Below, one piece after another: positions 28,901 through 37,579 of a stretch of DNA of 41,764 nucleotides. The notes under the pieces are model-generated. The model was not told the DNA's origin. It searched no databases and saw only the letters and a list, made by a program, of their open reading frames with translations. A program made the translations under genes and the position numbers. The stretch is from the NCBI GenBank assembly GCA_040405695.1, contig JARVCL010000090.1, positions 1-41,764 on the forward strand. The letters run 5' to 3'. Within the stretch, counting starts at the first letter, position 1; every line of letters begins with the position of its first letter. The DNA is from Halorubrum sp. (GTDB lineage Archaea; Halobacteriota; Halobacteria; Halobacteriales; Haloferacaceae).

Positions 28901-29974
28901 TTATATCCGGTCCTCGATCTCTTCGTGGGTGATGAACGTCTCCTCTGCCCCCGCAAACCCGGTGATCCCACCGTCTTCGAGGGTCAGATTCAGGAGTTCG
29001 GCGTTCGCATCGATCACGCTCTGGTTCCACTCGGTCGGGAATATTTCCTCGTCGTCGACGAGCTCTTGAATGACGTCCAGTTCCGCCTCCTCATCGAGAT
29101 CCAGCCCGGCGACCGTCGCGTACTCCTCGATGGCAGTATCGAAGTCCTCGCGGAACCCTTCGACGGCCTCAACCCAACCGTCCCAGAAGTCGAGCACGGC
29201 TTGGGGGTTTTCCTCGAGGAAATCGTCGTACGTTCCGAACAGGGTGACCTGCCCGGGGTGTCCCGTACGTTCCGTCCACTCCTCGACCGGAGAGAAGATG
29301 GACTCGAAGCGATCGTCCGCGAGCGCTGAGACGGTGAACCCGGTGAACATCAGCACCGCGTCGACCTCGCCGTCGATCAGGAAGTCGTACAGGACTGCGG
29401 AGTCCGTGTCAACCACTTCCTCGGGATCGTCTTCCAAGTCGAAGTCGTACATATCCGCCCACATGGCCGAGAACGTGCGGGTGGTTCCGGAGCCGAGCCC
29501 GGCCACGCCGAGGGTCCGCCCCTCGAGATCCGGAACGGACTCGATGTCGGAATCGGCGTGAGCGAACACCTGATTAATCTCGTTGAGATGGGGCGCGAAC
29601 ACGCTGATCGGCTCCCCGTCGTCGACGAACTCCGCGAGGTCCTGTGCGGAACCCTGTCCGATACCCTCCACGTCGCCGCTCGTGAAGCCACGGGCGTACT
29701 GGCCGAACCCGGTGATGTCGTAGGTGACGTTCAGTCCACGGTCGTTCCAGGCGTCTAAGTCGCGGCCGTAGTAGTGAACGAGGTTGTACAACGACGCTTC
29801 TGGAAGCAGTATGTGAACGTCCGTTGCACCGGAGCCGTCGGCACCAGAGGAGTCCTCTCCGGTACATCCCGCAAGCACTCCTCCGACGGCCGCACCACCG
29901 GCGGCAAGCAGACGCCGTCTCGTCGTGTTCCGTCCGGTATCGGTTCGATCGGTTTCCGATTGTCTGTGGATCAC
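28901..29974 (-). CDS. ABC substrate-binding lipoprotein (SsuA/NMT1/TauA-like, Tat-exported)
   Basis: TRRRLL twin-arginine signal, LAGC lipobox, IESVPDLEGRTLGV..GSGT motif. Confidence 0.85.
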   Translation of the reverse strand: MIHRQSETDRTDTGRNTTRRRLLAAGGAAVGGVLAGCTGEDSSGADGSGATDVHILLPEASLYNLVHYYGRDLDAWNDRGLNVTYDITGFGQYARGFTSGDVEGIGQGSAQDLAEFVDDGEPISVFAPHLNEINQVFAHADSDIESVPDLEGRTLGVAGLGSGTTRTFSAMWADMYDFDLEDDPEEVVDTDSAVLYDFLIDGEVDAVLMFTGFTVSALADDRFESIFSPVEEWTERTGHPGQVTLFGTYDDFLEENPQAVLDFWDGWVEAVEGFREDFDTAIEEYATVAGLDLDEEAELDVIQELVDDEEIFPTEWNQSVIDANAELLNLTLEDGGITGFAGAEETFITHEEIEDRI

Positions 29975-30055
29975 AATTACGATTCACCACTCTTCTTTGG
30001 ATATAGTTTACGGACCGGGCAACGTAACGTCTATAACAGTACATTTGGTGAATTC

Positions 30056-30091
30056 ATTAGAATAATAGGAATACATAGGAATATATTGTTG
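30056..30091 (+). promoter_or_regulatory. Candidate operator array in the divergent promoter
   Basis: ATTAGAATA / ATAGGAATA / ATAGGAATA at about 10-bp spacing; the last copy extends into TAGGAATATATTGTTG, which matches 22981-22996. Confidence 0.55.
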
Positions 30092-30203
30092 AGGGTCACG
30101 TCACGGCCGGACCGGGATCGGATCCGAATACGGAACTACACGCACTCGCCGTTCCGACCGACACCAAAGCATAACTCCGTAGGTTCTGTACGTATGCTCA
30201 CTA

Positions 30204-31676
30204 ATGACGATACGCCACGGTACCCATCTCGGTGAGCTCGGATACGTCGTGGGGAACGAGCGTCGAACGAGCACGGACGTGATACGCGTGTACGATCCAG
30301 CAACGACCGAGGAGATCGCGACAGTTCCGGAAGCGGGCCCGGACGGCGTCGATGTCGCCCTCGAGAACGCCGTCGAGGCGAACGCGATGTGGACGGAACG
30401 CGACGGGCGGGAACGCGGACGGTTGCTGTCGGCGATCGCCGACACGATACGGGAGAACGCGGACCGTCTGGCCGCGATCGAGACGCTTGAGTCAGGACGG
30501 CCGATCACCGAGTCGGGGTTTCACGTCGAGGGAGCAGCGAACTACTTCGAGTACTTCGCGGGCCTAGCTGACAAGATCGAGGGCGAACAGATCCCGCTGC
30601 CGGGGGATCGGTCGCGGATCGATTACACGGTTCGAGAGCCGTACGGCGTCACTGGCCACGTCGTTCCGTGGAACGCGTCGATAGCGCTCGCGTCCCGAAG
30701 CTTCGCTCCGGCGCTCGCGGCCGGTAACGTCGTGGTTGCGAAGGTGTCCTCACCCGCACCGCTCTCGGTGTTGGAGCTCGCGGAACTGGCGGGCGACGCC
30801 GGACTCCCCCCCGGCGTATTGAACGTCGTGACCGGAAGCGGATCGACGACCGGCGACGCGCTCGTTGGTGACCCACGGCTCAACGCGGTCGAGTTCACCG
30901 GCTCGACCGGCACGGGAATTCGGGTGATGAAGCGGGCTGCCGAAACCGTCAGTCCGGTCCACCTCGAGCTCGGTGGGAAGGGTGCGAACCTCGTGTTCCC
31001 CGACGCGGATCTCGACGCCGCAGCTCGAAGCGTGATCGACACGTTCCAGAACGCCGGACAGATCTGTTACGCGCCGACGCGGCTATTCGTTCACGAAGAG
31101 ATCTACGACTCGTTCGTCGCCGCCGTCATCGAGAGGGTCGAATCGATGACGGTCGGCCCCGGGTTCGAGGACCCGGACATGGGTCCGCTCATCTCGTCGG
31201 ATGCCCTCCAAGACGTCATCCGGGCCGTCGAAACCGCCGAACGCGACGATGCGCGTGTACTCACCGGCGGATCCGTCGCTCGCGAGGAGGGACACTTCTA
31301 CGAGCCAACGCTGCTCGAGAACGTGCCGGATGACGCGGCGCTCTCGTGTGAGGAGCTCTTCGGCCCCGTGTTCACCGTGTACGAGTTCGAAAGCACCGCC
31401 GAGGCCGTGGATCGAGCGAACGACGTGCAGTACGGACTGAACAATGTCGTCTGGACGACCGATCTCACGCGTGCACACGCCGTCGCGGGCGCACTCGAGA
31501 GCGGGACCGTGCAGGTGAACGAGTATCCTGTGCTCTCACCTGCAGCCCCCTCGGGCGGCATGAAACGGAGCGGCATCGGTCGGTCGAAAGGTCAACAGGC
31601 GATCGAAACGTTCACTCAGCGGAAGAATGTCGTCGTCTCGCTACCTCCCGGCGAGCGATTCGACGATCTCCACTGA
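30204..31676 (+). CDS. Aldehyde dehydrogenase family protein
   Basis: VPWN, FTGSTGTG, LELGGK, NAGQIC (catalytic Cys), EELFGP, GGMKRSG. Confidence 0.93.
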   Translation: MTIRHGTHLGELGYVVGNERRTSTDVIRVYDPATTEEIATVPEAGPDGVDVALENAVEANAMWTERDGRERGRLLSAIADTIRENADRLAAIETLESGRPITESGFHVEGAANYFEYFAGLADKIEGEQIPLPGDRSRIDYTVREPYGVTGHVVPWNASIALASRSFAPALAAGNVVVAKVSSPAPLSVLELAELAGDAGLPPGVLNVVTGSGSTTGDALVGDPRLNAVEFTGSTGTGIRVMKRAAETVSPVHLELGGKGANLVFPDADLDAAARSVIDTFQNAGQICYAPTRLFVHEEIYDSFVAAVIERVESMTVGPGFEDPDMGPLISSDALQDVIRAVETAERDDARVLTGGSVAREEGHFYEPTLLENVPDDAALSCEELFGPVFTVYEFESTAEAVDRANDVQYGLNNVVWTTDLTRAHAVAGALESGTVQVNEYPVLSPAAPSGGMKRSGIGRSKGQQAIETFTQRKNVVVSLPPGERFDDLH

Positions 31677-31770
31677 TCGCCGCCGACGAACGACGTCTCT
31701 TCCGGAGCAGTATCCGGGTGACCCATACATTTATTCGCGTACTGACGATCACTCACATAGGAGATAGCGA

Positions 31771-33882
31771 ATGGAATTTCGAATCGGGACCGACATCGGT
31801 GGGACCTGTACAGACTCAACCGTGATGACCGCTGATGGGGAGGTGTATATCGGAAAGGACCTGACGACGTATCCGGACTTCTCTGGCGGCATCTTCGACT
31901 CGCTTGCCGACGCTACCTCCGAAATGGATGTCGGCCTCGAAGAGCTGTTAGCGAACACGGAACTGTTTCTCCATGCGACTTCAGTCGGCGAGAACGCCCT
32001 GTTCGAACGCGAGGGGGCGGAGACGGGTCTGATCACGACGGCCGGGTTCGAAGAGACGCTTCACGCGACACGGGGGGGATACGGTCGATGGTCCGGACTC
32101 CCGTTCGACCGGATCAAGGACGTCATAAACTCGGAGAAACCCGAACCGCTGATACCCCGCGATCGGATCGCTGGCATCTCCGAACGGACCTACCGTGACA
32201 GGACGATCCGTGAACTCGACGAATCGGAGGTGGTAGACGCCGCGGATCGGCTCGTCGACGCGGGCGTGGATGCCATCGCCGGCTGTCTGCTCTGGTCGTT
32301 TACCTCACCGGAACACGAACGACGACTCAAAGAGATCATCGCGGAGCGGTATCCGGAGCTGTACGTGACGGTGTCTAGTGACGTCTCGCCAACAATGGGC
32401 GAGTACGAGCGAACCGCCACGTCAGTTCTGAACGCGTATCTCGGCCCGACAACCGAACGATACCTCAGCGGACTCCGGACGGGATTGGAGGACCGTGGAT
32501 TCGACGGCACGCTATTGTTGATGTTCGCACACGGCGGGTTGGTGGGCCGTACAGACGCCATCGAGCGACCCGTCGGACTGATCGAGTCCGGACCCGTCGC
32601 GGGCGTGCTGGGCAGCCAGTTCGTCGCGAACCAGCGATCCGCAGAGAACATCATCTCGACGGATATGGGTGGAACGACGTTCAAGGTTGGCGTCATCGAC
32701 GGCGGCCGGATCGAATACGCCGACGAACCGATGGTCGGTCGCCACCACTATCAGTTCCCGAAACGGGACGTCGACTCCATCGCGGTCGCCGGCGGCAGCA
32801 TCGTCTCGATCGACGAGGAAACCGGTGTCCCGACCGTCGGCCCGGAAAGCGCGGGCTCGGATCCGGGGCCGGTCTGTTACGGCTCCGGTGGTACGCAACC
32901 GACCGTCACCGATGTCGACCTCATCCAGGGATACTTCTCGCCAGAGTACTTCCTTGGGGGAGACGTGGAGATGGATTCGGACGCGGCATACGACGCGTTC
33001 GAGCGTGAGGTCGCGACGCCTCTCGGAAAGGATGTCGAAACCGCGGCCGCCGACATCTACAAGCTGACGAACTCCGTCATCTCCGATCTGATCCGTGAGA
33101 TGACCGTCGAGAAGGGGATCGACCCGCGCCAGTTCACCCTCGTATCGATCGGCGGTGCGGCCGGCATGCACGCCGCCTCGTATGCCCGTGAACTACGGAT
33201 CCCGGAGGTGCTCGTGCCGTACACCGCATCCGTCAATAGCGCACTGGGGCTGCTCTCGACGGACGTTACCCACGAGTTCATCGAGGTCGAAACCTTGACT
33301 CCCCCGTTCGACATCGACCGGATCAACGAGATATTCGCCGATCTCCGGCGTGAGGCGGAGGAAACGCTCGCGGACGGGGGCTTCGCCGGCGAGGAGATCC
33401 GGATCGAACGGTCGATCCAGATGCACTACCAACGCCAGGTACACGAGCTGTTGACCCCGGTCGAGACGGACGGGGAGCTGACGGCTGATTCGCTCGATGC
33501 GACCCTCGATCGGTTCGAGTCGTTGTACGAGCGACGCTACGGGGCGGGGTCCGCGTACACCGAGGGCGGGATCGAGATGACCGAGTTCCGCGTCCGTGGT
33601 GTCGGGCCACTTTCGACTCCGAGTCTGAACCGGGACGACCCGTCCGAACCGGCGGCGTCCACGGCTCACATCGGAACGAAACGGATGCAGTTCGAGGCCG
33701 CGGACGGCCGGATCGAGGCCGATCTATACGCCTTCGACGAGCTCGATCCCGGCGACGAGATCCGTGGCCCGGCAGTGATACTCACGCCGGTCACGACGAT
33801 CGTCGTCAACCCGGGCGACGTCGCTCGGGTCGACGCGTACAGCAACGTTCGGATCAGCATTATGGAGGAAACCGATGAGTAA
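31771..33882 (+). CDS. hyuA: Hydantoinase A / 5-oxoprolinase ATP-binding subunit
   Basis: DIGGTCTD, EYERTAT..LNAY, ESGPVAG, DMGGTT, GPESAGSDPGPVCY, GGAAGMH. Confidence 0.92.
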   Translation: MEFRIGTDIGGTCTDSTVMTADGEVYIGKDLTTYPDFSGGIFDSLADATSEMDVGLEELLANTELFLHATSVGENALFEREGAETGLITTAGFEETLHATRGGYGRWSGLPFDRIKDVINSEKPEPLIPRDRIAGISERTYRDRTIRELDESEVVDAADRLVDAGVDAIAGCLLWSFTSPEHERRLKEIIAERYPELYVTVSSDVSPTMGEYERTATSVLNAYLGPTTERYLSGLRTGLEDRGFDGTLLLMFAHGGLVGRTDAIERPVGLIESGPVAGVLGSQFVANQRSAENIISTDMGGTTFKVGVIDGGRIEYADEPMVGRHHYQFPKRDVDSIAVAGGSIVSIDEETGVPTVGPESAGSDPGPVCYGSGGTQPTVTDVDLIQGYFSPEYFLGGDVEMDSDAAYDAFEREVATPLGKDVETAAADIYKLTNSVISDLIREMTVEKGIDPRQFTLVSIGGAAGMHAASYARELRIPEVLVPYTASVNSALGLLSTDVTHEFIEVETLTPPFDIDRINEIFADLRREAEETLADGGFAGEEIRIERSIQMHYQRQVHELLTPVETDGELTADSLDATLDRFESLYERRYGAGSAYTEGGIEMTEFRVRGVGPLSTPSLNRDDPSEPAASTAHIGTKRMQFEAADGRIEADLYAFDELDPGDEIRGPAVILTPVTTIVVNPGDVARVDAYSNVRISIMEETDE

Positions 33883-36058
33883 TTCGACCCACGACGACGA
33901 CCTTCGCATAGACAGTATGGACCCCGTAACGTTCCAGATCATCAAACACCGCCTGGAACGGATCACGGACGAGGCGGTCGAAGCGCTCAAACGCGTTTCG
34001 GGCGCGCCGAACACGAACGAAGGTCACGACCTCATGGTTGCATTGTACACCAGCGACGGTGACCTGCTCACGGGGGGCGTCGGCTTTCTCCATCACTACC
34101 TCGGCGCGTCCGAGGCGACGAAACACGTCATCGATCGGTTCGAGGGCGAGATCAACGAGGGGGACATGTTCCTCCTCAACGACCCTTACACTGCGGCGTT
34201 ACACCCGCCGGACGTGTACATCATCTGTCCCATCTTCTTCGAGGGGGAGCTGAAAGCGTTCTCCGCGAGCTTCGTTCACGTCGCCGACATCGGGGCCGTC
34301 GATGCGGGCGGGTTCGCGCCGAACTCGACGTCCGTGTTCCACGAGGGGTTCCAGACCCCGGGTCTCAAGCTGATAGAGGAGGGTGAGGTTCGCCAGGACG
34401 TGCTCGACACGATACGGAACATGAGCCGGGATCCGGGGATGATAGAGCTCGACCTTCGGTCGGAGATCGCCGCGAACAACGTCGCACGGGACCGGATGCG
34501 AGACCTCATGGCCGAACACGGGGCCGACACGATCGAAACCGTGGGCAACGAGCTGATCTCGCAGTCGTCGAAACGGTTCAAAAAGCGGCTTCGGGAGCTC
34601 CCCGACGGACGGTTCGAGGAGCGTCAGTATCTCGACTCGGCTCCCGAAGACGAGATGTTCACGGTGCAGGTGGCCCTCGAGAAACGGGGCGACTCGCTCA
34701 CCTTCGACTTCTCGGGGACGAGCGGGGAGAGCGAGTACGGACTCAACTGTACGCGGATCGCGACGGTTGGTGGGGTGCTGGCTCCCGTCTTCCCGCTTCT
34801 GTGTCAGGACATGACGTGGAACGACGGGATCATCGATGCCGTCGACGTCAACGCCCCCGAGGGGACCATCGTGAACGCCGAGCGTCCCGCACCGATCTCC
34901 ATCGCGACGATCGCCACGCTCCAGATGTGTAACTCGCTGTCGACGCTCGCGGTGTCGAAGCTGCTCGGTGCCAGCGAGGAGTACGCCGATCGAGCGACGG
35001 GTGTCTGGCACGGGGCTCACTGTCACGTCTCCGTCGAGATCGAGTACGAGGACGAAACACACGTCGAGGGGATAAGCGACACATTCGCCGGTGCCGGCGG
35101 TGCGAGAGCCTTCGCCGATGGCGTCGATCTCGGCGGAGAGGTCGTCAACGTCGTCGCGCGGTGGGGGAACGCCGAGCGCCACGAGGCGGTGTTGCCGCTC
35201 ATGTACCTGTACCGGCAGTTCGTCGAGGACTCCGGGGGGCCGGGCGAGTTCCGCGGTGGCGTCGGTCACGAGTACGCCCTCGCTCCGATCCCGTTCGACG
35301 ACGTGGAGCAGGTCGACGTCGTCAATCTCGCACGTGGTGTCGAGATCCCCAACTCGACGGGCGTGTTCGGCGGCTATCCTGGCTGTAACATCGAGTACGC
35401 GATGTATGACGACGTCCCGCTCGGATCGGTCGAGACGTTCCCGCCGACGAAGACCCAGCTCTCACAACGGGGCGATCCGCGGTACACCCAGTGGGGCGTC
35501 GAGACGATCGAGGAGGACGGCGTGTTCGCCGTGCGCCTTCCCGGTAGCGGCGGGTACGGCGATCCGCTTGACAGGGACGCGAACGCGGTCGCAGCCGACG
35601 TCGTGGACGGAAAGATCGCTCCCGAAACCGCGAGCGAGGTGTACGGCGTTCCGGTCGGAGACGACGGCACGCCCTCCGAGGAGGTGTCGACCATCCGTGA
35701 CCGGAAGCGGTCCGCACGCCTGGAGGCGGCGGATCCGCCGGAACGATCCCTGGACGTGGACGTGACCGGGACGTCGAAGACGGCGTATCGGCTCGGAGCC
35801 AACCTGTCCGTCGAACGGGTCGAGGAACGGGCATATGTCCGCTGTGACGGTTGTGGGTCCGTCCTCGCACCCGCCTCAACGAATTGGAAAGAGTACGCGA
35901 GCGTCGCCGAACGCCCGGTCTCGCAGGCTGGAACCAACTCGTCGGCACCCGAGGGATACTGCCTGCGGGAGTTCTACTGTCCCGATTGCGGGACGCTTCT
36001 CGACACGGAGGTCGCCCACGAGGACGATCCGCCGCTGGTGAGCCAGCTATCGCTATAA
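33875..36058 (+). CDS. hyuB: Hydantoinase B / oxoprolinase subunit with fused C-terminal acetone-carboxylase-gamma-like Zn domain
   Basis: DPVTFQII, NDPY....HPPD, HVADIG, EG, DSGGPGEFRGG, GGYGDPLDR; tail CDGC..NWK..LREFYCPDCGTLLDTE. Confidence 0.9.
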   Translation: MSNSTHDDDLRIDSMDPVTFQIIKHRLERITDEAVEALKRVSGAPNTNEGHDLMVALYTSDGDLLTGGVGFLHHYLGASEATKHVIDRFEGEINEGDMFLLNDPYTAALHPPDVYIICPIFFEGELKAFSASFVHVADIGAVDAGGFAPNSTSVFHEGFQTPGLKLIEEGEVRQDVLDTIRNMSRDPGMIELDLRSEIAANNVARDRMRDLMAEHGADTIETVGNELISQSSKRFKKRLRELPDGRFEERQYLDSAPEDEMFTVQVALEKRGDSLTFDFSGTSGESEYGLNCTRIATVGGVLAPVFPLLCQDMTWNDGIIDAVDVNAPEGTIVNAERPAPISIATIATLQMCNSLSTLAVSKLLGASEEYADRATGVWHGAHCHVSVEIEYEDETHVEGISDTFAGAGGARAFADGVDLGGEVVNVVARWGNAERHEAVLPLMYLYRQFVEDSGGPGEFRGGVGHEYALAPIPFDDVEQVDVVNLARGVEIPNSTGVFGGYPGCNIEYAMYDDVPLGSVETFPPTKTQLSQRGDPRYTQWGVETIEEDGVFAVRLPGSGGYGDPLDRDANAVAADVVDGKIAPETASEVYGVPVGDDGTPSEEVSTIRDRKRSARLEAADPPERSLDVDVTGTSKTAYRLGANLSVERVEERAYVRCDGCGSVLAPASTNWKEYASVAERPVSQAGTNSSAPEGYCLREFYCPDCGTLLDTEVAHEDDPPLVSQLSL

Positions 36059-37489
36059 TGATGAGACATCCGTTCGGGTTGGAAGGCCGGAACGACGTCG
36101 GAGCGCCGTGGCAGCCGTCCGAACCTGCTCGTACAGATCGTGTGGATCGGTTCGTAACCCGCTCACTGACCCGTCCTCATAGACGACCTCTCCTTCACAG
36201 ACGACGAGATCGACTTCCGAGCCGAGCGTCTGGTACACGACGGCCGAGACGATGTCTGTGGCCGGGGTTAGCTGTGGCGCGTCCATGTCAATACAAACCA
36301 GATCCGCACGTTTTCCCTCCTCAATCGATCCGAGCTCCGCGGATCGTCCCATCGCCGACGCCCCCTCTATCGTGGCCATGTCGAGAACTGCCTGTGCCGA
36401 CAGCACGCCGGGGTCAAGCGAGTGCCCCTTGTGTGCGAGCGCTATCAATCGCATGTCTGCGAGGAGGTTCACGGAGTCACTGAGCACCGAGTTGTCCGTA
36501 CCGAGTCCGATGGTGACCCCCGCCCGTCGCATCGAGGGAACCGGTGCGAATCCGCTTGCGAGCTTCATGTTTGACGGGATGTTGTGTGCGACCGCGGTGT
36601 CCGTCTTGGCAAGCAGACGAACGTCCTTGTTCGAGACTTGTACGCAGTGACCTAGCAGCGTGTGTTCACCGAGATATCCGATGTTATTCAGATATTCGAC
36701 GCTGGAGAGCGGGCCTGACTCCTGTTCGGGAGCCTCTGAGACGTGTGTCGTCGTCATCACGTCGTGTCGTTCGGCGAACTCGACTGCGGCACGCAGTCCC
36801 TCCGTGGTCATACCCTCGACAATAACCGGGGCGATCCAGATCTCTTGCCGGTTCCCGCGCCCGTGATGCGTGTCGTGAAGCGACTCGACGTGTTCTATCC
36901 ACTCGTCTGTCGCCGCGGTGTACCGTTCCTGTGGCGGATGGCCCACGTCCGGCTCCTTGGCAGTGAACTTTTTTATCAGCGAGCGAAACTCCTCGTCTGC
37001 CGGTAGGTCACGGATCCCTCTCGCATACGCGCTCCGGATCCCTAGCTCCTCGTAGATGTCGAGCTTCCGTTCGATCGACTCCACGTCCTCGATCGGTATC
37101 TCGGCGTCGTTCTCAACGATGGTAGTGATCCCAGCCGACAGCGCCTCAACGCAGTACAGCTCGGCGGCCAGCTCGTGGTCGGACGGCGACATCTTCGCCA
37201 TTCCGGGCTGTTTGACATTGAAGAGCCAGTCATATAGTCCGCGGCCCTCGTTCCCGGCTCCCCGAAGCAGCACGTCGGAGACGTGAACGTGGGTGTCGAT
37301 GAGTCCGGGGATCACCACGTGGTCCTCGGCGTCGACGCGACGGTCCACTTGTCGGTCGATGTTGGCGCTTGGGCCAGCTTCCACCCGCGTGATCGTGCCG
37401 TCGTCGACCACGACGGTTCCCCGTTCGATCACGTCCCGTGACGGGTTTTGTGTGAGTATCGTTCCGTTCTCTATGACGAGGGTTTCCAT
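36053..37489 (-). CDS. AtzA/TriA-like amidohydrolase (s-triazine chlorohydrolase/deaminase clade)
   Basis: HVH, HVSE, GHCV and GTDN ligand motifs; LLRG..GRxLYDWLFNV, LYCxEA..GITTI.EN, KDVRLL, DSVN and GSIExGKRADL follow AtzA/TriA over the full length as recalled. Confidence 0.8.
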   Translation of the reverse strand: METLVIENGTILTQNPSRDVIERGTVVVDDGTITRVEAGPSANIDRQVDRRVDAEDHVVIPGLIDTHVHVSDVLLRGAGNEGRGLYDWLFNVKQPGMAKMSPSDHELAAELYCVEALSAGITTIVENDAEIPIEDVESIERKLDIYEELGIRSAYARGIRDLPADEEFRSLIKKFTAKEPDVGHPPQERYTAATDEWIEHVESLHDTHHGRGNRQEIWIAPVIVEGMTTEGLRAAVEFAERHDVMTTTHVSEAPEQESGPLSSVEYLNNIGYLGEHTLLGHCVQVSNKDVRLLAKTDTAVAHNIPSNMKLASGFAPVPSMRRAGVTIGLGTDNSVLSDSVNLLADMRLIALAHKGHSLDPGVLSAQAVLDMATIEGASAMGRSAELGSIEEGKRADLVCIDMDAPQLTPATDIVSAVVYQTLGSEVDLVVCEGEVVYEDGSVSGLRTDPHDLYEQVRTAATALRRRSGLPTRTDVSSL

Positions 37490-37579
37490 CGACCCATAGT
37501 ATACGCCAGCCGATCATAAGGATTCGGTAGCGTATCGCATGGCCTGGACCACTCATTCGTGCCGAGGCGACGGCAGCGA

